64,000 bases of DNA. Origin: an uncultured candidate division Zixibacteria bacterium (GTDB lineage: Bacteria; Zixibacteria; MSB-5A5; RBG-16-43-9). Both the position numbers and the translations under genes were made by a program. The stretch is taken from contig OY970208.1 of NCBI GenBank assembly GCA_963713865.1, positions 1,024,001-1,088,000 of the forward strand. Direction: 5' to 3'. The first letter of the stretch is position 1; each line of letters opens with the position of its first letter. Under the pieces are notes generated by a model that saw only the letters and a list, made by a program, of their open reading frames with translations, ran no database searches and was not told the DNA's origin. This document shows, piece after piece, positions 60,776 through 64,000 of this stretch.

Positions 60776-61006
60776 AAAGAAATTATAGGGCAAGGCTTCA
60801 GCCTTGTTTCGCAGGATAATATGCGGTTGATAACATCCGTTTGGGAGCAAGCTTGGAAAGTTCCCTCTCCCCTCTACGAGGAGCGAAGCCTCCGTAGGAC
60901 CGTATAGCTTTTATCGGCTTGTGGGAGAGGGTTGGGGAAGCTACGCCCCCTTACCCCTCCCATCCAGGGAAGGGAGAAGGTCTTCTCTACAATACCTTAT
61001 GTATAT

Positions 61007-62704
61007 ATGAAAATAAAATTCTGGATCAAATTATTTACCTTTAACTTAATCTTATTATTTATAAGTTGTGCTAAAAGGGATTATCCACTTGGAGGACCGG
61101 TTGATTTAACCCCACCTCAGGTCCTGGAGGTTTTTCCGCAAAACAATTCGCTCAATATAGACACCAAGACAAATATTACTCTTACCTTTAGCGAGGGGAT
61201 GGATAAAGAGAAAACCGAGAAATCGATTTTTATCACCCCCGTTCCAGAAACTCCTTTTAAATTCAAATGGAAGAAAAATAGACTAATACTCGAGCCCTCA
61301 AAACCTCTGGAGAAGGATAGAACCTACGTGATAAACTTGGGGGCTAATGCTCAGGACCTGCATAATAATAAACTGGATAAAAGTTATAGCTTTGCTTTTT
61401 CTACCGGGGAAAAATTAGACGATGGTTTTATCTCTGGTAAAACTAATTTTCAATCTAAAAAAGACAAAGGGGTAAGTATCTGGGCTTATCCGCTTATAGA
61501 TAAAGAACCTGATCCCAAAAAAGATAAACCCGAATATGCGACCATATCGGACCAAAACGGGGAATATAGTTTAAGCTATCTGGCTAAGAGTCTTTACAGG
61601 CTTTTCGCGGTAAAAGATTTAAACAATGACCTTCTGTGGGACCCGGATAAGGAACCCTTGGGTGTGGCTACAAAAGATGTAAATTTAAGTCAAGATTCTC
61701 TGTCTTTTTTTGGAATAGATTTCACTCTAATTCAAAGGGATACTACCTTGCCCACCCTGCTTAACTGTCAGAGCATGGATAATAGAACAGTCAGATTGGA
61801 GTTTGATGAACCGTTATCTCTTAGAGCTAGACAGAGTCTATATGATATAATTAATTACAAAATCCAATCAGATTCTTCTTCAGATTCAGGTTCGAAAGTT
61901 GATCTGGTTTATACCAAAGGGGATGATTATCAAAAAGTTTATCTGATTACAGATGAAATGACTAAAAGAAAATATACAGTTTATGTTCAAAACCTTTTTG
62001 ACTTATCTGGTAATCCAATCAATTCACAGTATAATAACTGTTCTTTTGAAGGGACTGAATCTAAGGATAAAGCCCCTTTAAAAATCATTTCTACTAACCC
62101 TCAATCCGGTGCTAAAAATGTTCAATTGGATGCTGAGATTAAACTCTTTTTTGAGAAACCACCTGAGAAAAATTCTGCTGAAAAAGGGTTTGTTTTGAAA
62201 GATAGTTTAGAGGAGAGAGTTGAAGGTAAGTTTTTATGGGAGAAACCTGCTGAATTAATATTCCAGCCAGATAAACTTCTTCAGGGCAAGATGAAATATG
62301 AATTAACCTTGAAAGATTTAGTTGATTTATGGGGTAATCCTTTCTCTGACACCAGTTTTAAACTAACTTTTGCTACTGTTAATCCTGATACCTTAGGCTC
62401 AATCTTAGGAAGAGTGGAGAATCTAACTAATAGCAAAGGAGAAATAGAGATTACAATGGAAAAGATAGAAATTCCCAAGCTAAAGTATGAAAAAAAATTG
62501 AAAGAGCCAGGGGAATTCAAATTTGAAAACGTCTTTCCTGGAAAGTATAACCTTAAAGCTTATTTAGACTTAAATGGAAACAGAGTTCTGGATCAAGGGA
62601 GACCTATCCTCTTTGAGCCTGCAGAGCCCCAGATTTTTTATCCGGATACTTTAAACATCCGCCCCAGATGGGAGACTGAAGGGGTTATTCTAAAATTTAG
62701 ATAA
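61007..62704 (+). CDS. Lipoprotein with Big_5 (bacterial Ig-like) domains
   Basis: LFISC lipobox, then GGP.D.TPP, FSEGM, FAFSTG; start reassigned because the TTG at 60932 lies within a REP. Confidence 0.8.
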   Translation: MKIKFWIKLFTFNLILLFISCAKRDYPLGGPVDLTPPQVLEVFPQNNSLNIDTKTNITLTFSEGMDKEKTEKSIFITPVPETPFKFKWKKNRLILEPSKPLEKDRTYVINLGANAQDLHNNKLDKSYSFAFSTGEKLDDGFISGKTNFQSKKDKGVSIWAYPLIDKEPDPKKDKPEYATISDQNGEYSLSYLAKSLYRLFAVKDLNNDLLWDPDKEPLGVATKDVNLSQDSLSFFGIDFTLIQRDTTLPTLLNCQSMDNRTVRLEFDEPLSLRARQSLYDIINYKIQSDSSSDSGSKVDLVYTKGDDYQKVYLITDEMTKRKYTVYVQNLFDLSGNPINSQYNNCSFEGTESKDKAPLKIISTNPQSGAKNVQLDAEIKLFFEKPPEKNSAEKGFVLKDSLEERVEGKFLWEKPAELIFQPDKLLQGKMKYELTLKDLVDLWGNPFSDTSFKLTFATVNPDTLGSILGRVENLTNSKGEIEITMEKIEIPKLKYEKKLKEPGEFKFENVFPGKYNLKAYLDLNGNRVLDQGRPILFEPAEPQIFYPDTLNIRPRWETEGVILKFR

Positions 62705-62960
62705 AGAAAAATACCTCCTTTTTTTTCTTGACAAACAGCTAAAAAGGGTTATTTTAAATATAGAGTATTTTTAGACTTAGTTCTAATTTTCGTCTTCTTT
62801 GATTCCGAGGGGGGAAGACGTAAATCCAGAAGATAGAGTATTAGTTTATGTTTTTGAATATTGTTTTTGATGAGTGATTGGAAAGGGGTGATTTTGTAAA
62901 AGGATTTAAAAAGATTTTTAATTGAAATTTAACCCTTTAACTCTTCAGGAGGATAGGCGT

Positions 62961-64000
62961 ATGCTCAAAAAATGTTTGCCCTTTATCTTTTCGGGTATAT
63001 TGATTCTGCTCTGGTTTGGATTAGCTTTTCCCCAGGATCCTGGTGTGGCTGATACATGCAGAGTGGAGTGCTTAGAGAAGGTCAGGCCTAATTCCCAGGT
63101 AATTTTGAACGTTTATATAATCAATGATGAACACTTAGGTGGATTTGCGATCCCTATTGCCTTTCCGGATTCCGCTACTAATCTGGATATCATTTGTGAT
63201 TCTATAAGCTTTGTAGGCACAAGAGCGGCTGATGCTGGCATTAAAAGCGATACGGCATATATAAATAATGCCAAAAACAGGCTTCTTATTTTTGCGGCCT
63301 GGATTGGAGGAGATTTAGCTCCAGGGAATGGTTCGGTTGCCAAACTATTTTTCAGAACCGGTCCTGCCTGGGATTCAACCATGTATGTTAAAGTTGATTC
63401 CATTTTATGGCCTCCTATTTCCAGTTTAGAGTTCACCAAGACGGATGGTAATGGATTCTTACCTGCTTTTGCAAAGGGGTGTTCTGGGCAATCCAGTTGT
63501 ACCTCCTACGATTACAGTTACCTCTCCGGATGGAGGGGAGAACTGGGTAGTAGGGAGTTCGCATAATATAACCTGGACCTCTTCAAATTTCACTGATAAT
63601 GTAAAGATTGAATATTCCACCAATGCAGGTTCTACCTGGACGACAATCGCTGCCAGCACTGCGAATGATGGAACTGAGTCCTGGATTATACCAAATGCAC
63701 CTACAACTCAAGGCAGGGTGAAAGTATCAGACGCAGCTACTGGCACCCCCTCCGATATGAGCAATACTAATTTCACCATAAGTGCGGCTCCTACTCTAAC
63801 TGTTACCTCACCCAATGGCGGTGAGAGCTGGTGTGCGTTAAGCAGTCATAATATAACCTGGACTTCTACCGGAACGATTGCGAATGTGAAATTAGAGTAT
63901 TCGACTAATTCCGGTTCAACCTGGATCACGATCGCTGCCAGCACTTCAAATGACGGAACCGAGTCCTGGTTGGTGCCGAATACACCCTCTTCCAGTACCC
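62961..64000 (+). pseudogene. Secreted cohesin + TITVTSPNGGE Ig-repeat protein with a +1 frameshift (possible sequencing error); runs off the right edge
   Basis: N-terminal cohesin paralogous to 39512. Removing one G from GGGG at 63476-63479 gives FAKGVLGNPVVPPTITVTSPDGGENW.., open to 64000 with a second VTSPNGGESW repeat. Confidence 0.8.

Noticed and set aside
1-64000. tRNA, rRNA, prophage or defence-system genes
   Set aside because: None recognised by eye

Overview
AT-rich bacterial chromosomal DNA. The style of the secreted proteins ([20 protein letters not shown] dockerin repeats, cohesin-like modules, NYPNPFNP...KMxxxK C-terminal domains) points to an FCB-group organism, probably candidate division Zixibacteria (inference, not a database result). 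Contents, left to right: (1) a >1085-aa minus-strand beta-helix surface protein missing from the ORF track; (2) a porin / FMN-binding / dual MacB-type ABC / YHS / TlpA operon behind a sigma54-like promoter; (3) a ~28-kb cluster of ten secreted cohesin/dockerin/Ig-repeat proteins with no recognisable catalytic domain, including a tandemly duplicated three-gene cassette; (4) a GH35/42-like gene, two divergent HtrA proteases and a sigma70-family factor; (5) a minus-strand peptide-utilisation run (OPT transporter, oligopeptidase B, 2-oxoacid:ferredoxin oxidoreductase, ferredoxin, aminopeptidase); (6) a complete IS621-like IS110 element inserted in a GTAG-REP, whose bridge-RNA guides can be read against its own target and donor; (7) TPR and lipoprotein genes and another cohesin gene. 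Intergenic DNA is rich in REP-like palindromes. It also carries 17-27-nt micro-insertion elements that nest inside REPs, inside each other, and once in-frame inside a protein. Five genes have net +1 frameshifts, probably assembly errors.
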